In this document: in pieces, positions 29,632-32,000 of the stretch
Position numbering within the stretch: position 1 is the first letter of the stretch
How the letters are laid out: each line of letters begins with the position of its first letter
Assembly: GCF_000039765.1 (NCBI RefSeq)
Contig: NC_004459.3
Span: 1,969,126-2,001,125 of the forward strand
Origin: Vibrio vulnificus CMCP6
Lineage (GTDB): Bacteria > Pseudomonadota > Gammaproteobacteria > Enterobacterales > Vibrionaceae
DNA length: 32,000 nucleotides
Reading direction: 5' to 3'
The notes under the pieces: model-generated
Databases searched by the model: none
What the model was told of the DNA's origin: nothing
The model's input: the letters and a program-made list of their open reading frames with translations, nothing else
Program-made: the position numbers and the translations under genes

Positions 29632-31836
29632 ATGAGTTATTTAGCTTTAGCGCGAAAATGGCGTCCGCGTCAATTTAAAGAAGTGGTGGGGCAAGGCCAT
29701 GTGCTGACTGCCCTAGAAAATGCTCTTGAGCACAATCGTCTGCACCATGCTTACTTGTTCAGTGGCACACGAGGTGTGGGTAAAACCTCGATTGGTCGCT
29801 TGTTTGCCAAAGCTCTCAACTGCGAAACGGGCATCACCTCAGCGCCTTGTGGACAATGTGATACCTGCCGAGAGATTGAAGAAGGGCGCTTCGTTGATCT
29901 ATTGGAGATTGACGCCGCATCGCGTACTAAAGTTGAAGACACTCGTGAACTGTTAGACAACGTTCAATACAAACCAGCGCGCGGTCGTTTCAAGGTTTAC
30001 TTGATCGACGAAGTGCACATGCTCTCGCGTCACTCTTTTAATGCGTTACTCAAAACCTTAGAAGAGCCGCCAGAGTATGTGAAATTCCTATTGGCAACGA
30101 CGGATCCACAGAAACTTCCTGTGACGATTTTGTCTCGTTGTTTGCAGTTCCACCTTAAGCCGATCACGGTTGATGCTATCCATCAACAGCTCGATTTTAT
30201 TTTGGCAAAAGAAGGTGTCACTGCTCAAGCGCGTGCGCTTGGCATGATCGCGCATGCTGCCGATGGCAGTATGCGTGATGCCCTAAGCTTAACCGATCAA
30301 GCAATTGCGTTAGGCAATGGTCAGATTGAAACCGATCTGGTCAGCCATATGTTAGGTACCATTGACACCGATCAAGCGATCCATCTCTTAGAAGCCATCA
30401 GCAGCAAGCAGCCACAAGTGGCGATGGATAAGATTCAGCAGCTCGCGCAAAATGGTGCGGAGTGGGATGGTTTGTTGCAACAATTGGCGACTCAACTGCA
30501 TCGCATTGCCATGTACCAGCTGTTGCCTTCAAGCCTAGACAAAGCGCAGCCTGATGCAGAAAAAATTGAGCTGCTTAGCCGAGCACTGTCACCACAAGAT
30601 GTTCAGCTGTTTTATCAGATCGCCTTAAAAGGGCGTGATGACCTCTCTTTGGCCCCAAATGGGCGTATCGGGATGGAAATGATTGTGTTGCGTATGATGG
30701 CATTTCGTCCTGCGGATGTGTCGCAAGCGAACATCATTTCTGCGCAAGGTGCGGATCTAGCATCAGCTCCGGCAGCTCAAAGTGCCGCTCCTCAAGTGAG
30801 TACGTCGCCAGCCCAAACGGCCCCGGCGATGAGCGCAAAGCCAAGCGCTGAACGGGTTGCTCCTGCAGAACGTCCTCAAGCGGTCAGTCACGCGCCATCG
30901 CGTCCCACTTCATCGATGAACGCCCCAAGTTCTGTGGCCCCTCAGCCTGTTCAGACAGAGATGCCACCTCAATATGATGCGCCACCGATGGATTATGCCG
31001 ATTATCCACCTATGGATGACATGCCGCCAATGGGTTATGGCTATGAGGATGCAGCCGCATTGCAGCCTGAGCCTCAACCTGCGCCTCAACCTGCGCCGCA
31101 GCACACGCCTGAAAGCGCAAGTCCAGCTTCTGGTGGCTTAACCGGTTTGCGTCATCAATTGCGTTCTCAACGTCAAGGGTTGGCACAAAATGGTGGCTCA
31201 AAAAAGTCTAAAGCGGCATCTGCTGAGAAAGAGTCGGTCCTCGATCGAGTCGCGCAAAAGCAGGCAACTGCAGCGCAGGTGTCGCCACGTCAAAGCCTTG
31301 CGCCGTCAGAGCCTGAAGTAAAAGAGGATGAACCCTATCAATGGCGTCCGAGTCAGCCTGTGGTGCAGTCTAAGAGCAAAGAGCTGACGCCGACGGAAAT
31401 TAAACGTGCACTTGAGCACGAAAAAACGCCAGAAATGGCGGAAAAACTCGTTGCAGAATCGCTCGAGCAGAGTGAGTGGGCAAAACTGATCACTCAGCTC
31501 GAAACGGCAAAATTGGTGGAACAGTTAGCGCTCAACTCGGCGTTTAACAAAGATGGTTCAACCATCGCTTTGACGCTACGTAGCCATCAACAACATTTAA
31601 ATACCGATAAAGCGCAAAAAGAGCTGCTCTCAGCGCTCAACGAAACGCTGGGTGAAACTTGCCATCTCTCTGTGGAAGTCGGAGAGCAAGGTGAGACTCC
31701 TCTAGAGTTACGCGAAAGGCTTTATCAGCAAAAATTACAGCAGGCTTTCACTAGCCTGGAAAATGACACCCATGTTCAGTTTATACTGCGCCGATTCAGT
31801 GCAGAACTGGACAGAGACAGTGTTCGCCCTGTCTGA
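29632..31836 (+). CDS. dnaX: DNA polymerase III subunits tau/gamma (full-length tau)
   Basis: 734 aa; [30 protein letters not shown]; Walker [10 protein letters not shown]; zinc-binding Cys cluster CGQCDTC; [15 protein letters not shown]. Confidence 0.97.
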   Translation: MSYLALARKWRPRQFKEVVGQGHVLTALENALEHNRLHHAYLFSGTRGVGKTSIGRLFAKALNCETGITSAPCGQCDTCREIEEGRFVDLLEIDAASRTKVEDTRELLDNVQYKPARGRFKVYLIDEVHMLSRHSFNALLKTLEEPPEYVKFLLATTDPQKLPVTILSRCLQFHLKPITVDAIHQQLDFILAKEGVTAQARALGMIAHAADGSMRDALSLTDQAIALGNGQIETDLVSHMLGTIDTDQAIHLLEAISSKQPQVAMDKIQQLAQNGAEWDGLLQQLATQLHRIAMYQLLPSSLDKAQPDAEKIELLSRALSPQDVQLFYQIALKGRDDLSLAPNGRIGMEMIVLRMMAFRPADVSQANIISAQGADLASAPAAQSAAPQVSTSPAQTAPAMSAKPSAERVAPAERPQAVSHAPSRPTSSMNAPSSVAPQPVQTEMPPQYDAPPMDYADYPPMDDMPPMGYGYEDAAALQPEPQPAPQPAPQHTPESASPASGGLTGLRHQLRSQRQGLAQNGGSKKSKAASAEKESVLDRVAQKQATAAQVSPRQSLAPSEPEVKEDEPYQWRPSQPVVQSKSKELTPTEIKRALEHEKTPEMAEKLVAESLEQSEWAKLITQLETAKLVEQLALNSAFNKDGSTIALTLRSHQQHLNTDKAQKELLSALNETLGETCHLSVEVGEQGETPLELRERLYQQKLQQAFTSLENDTHVQFILRRFSAELDRDSVRPV
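31200..31211 (+). promoter_or_regulatory. Probable programmed -1 ribosomal frameshift site in dnaX generating a gamma subunit of about 526 aa
   Basis: A_AAA_AAG (31200-31206) in the correct phase (tcA AAA AAG); the -1 frame reads AAA AAA GTC TAA, stopping at 31209-31211. Confidence 0.75.
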
Positions 31837-31913
31837 ATTTATTCGCGGGGTTGAAATGTTCGACAAACGACCCCATCCATAGTGAAACACCTCATTCAAC
31901 CAGAGAGAAAAAC

Positions 31914-32000
31914 ATGTTTGGTAAAGGCGGTATGGGCAACCTAATGAAGCAAGCCCAACAAATGCAAGAACGCATGCAAAAGCTTCAAGAAGAAATCGCA
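31914..32000 (+). CDS. ybaB: YbaB/EbfC family nucleoid-associated protein, truncated by the window edge
   Basis: [29 protein letters not shown]; immediately downstream of dnaX. Confidence 0.95.
   Translation, partial: MFGKGGMGNLMKQAQQMQERMQKLQEEIA

Noticed and set aside
31060-31104. [13 protein letters not shown] repeats in dnaX
   Set aside because: Low-complexity Pro/Gln linker between tau domains is usual; not a distinct element, though copy number may vary.
1-32000. Search for CRISPR arrays, IS/transposon ends, integron attC sites, tRNA/rRNA genes, riboswitches, phage or defence genes
   Set aside because: No direct-repeat/spacer arrays, transposases, integrases or structured RNA genes could be recognised by eye; all large ORFs are housekeeping or regulatory families in expected order. 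A formal Rfam/Infernal and DefenseFinder scan would be needed to exclude small elements.

Overview
This 32 kb window is an ordinary core-genome segment of a Vibrio-like gammaproteobacterium. Genus is inferred from protein sequence and gene order, without a database search. Gene order: M16/insulinase-like peptidase (truncated, -), sixA, smrB(-), prmB, aroC, TRIC-family channel (-), epmC(yfcM), yfcL, mnmC(-), fabB, pdxB, asd, a giant FimV/HubP-type polar landmark protein (1951 aa), truA, accD, folC, dedD, cvpA, purF, LysR-type regulator (-), RssB-like response regulator, an unlisted 43-aa small membrane protein, a ybaN/DUF454 gene with an apparent non-AUG start, apt, dnaX, and the start of ybaB. 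I see no phage, IS element, CRISPR array, tRNA/rRNA or defence-type island, and nothing that qualifies as a wholly new system. The observations most worth following up are: (1) a 249-bp tandem repeat tract inside fimV/hubP whose copies alternate A-B-A'-B', implying a 498-bp higher-order duplication; (2) a ybaN-like ORF with no ATG/GTG/TTG at its conserved 5' end but a well-placed SD before ATC/ATT; (3) a 43-aa membrane ORF just upstream of it; (4) an A_AAA_AAG slippery heptamer in dnaX followed at once by a -1 frame stop; (5) a PurR-box match overlapping the probable cvpA-purF promoter; (6) a cluster of hairpins between fabB and pdxB.
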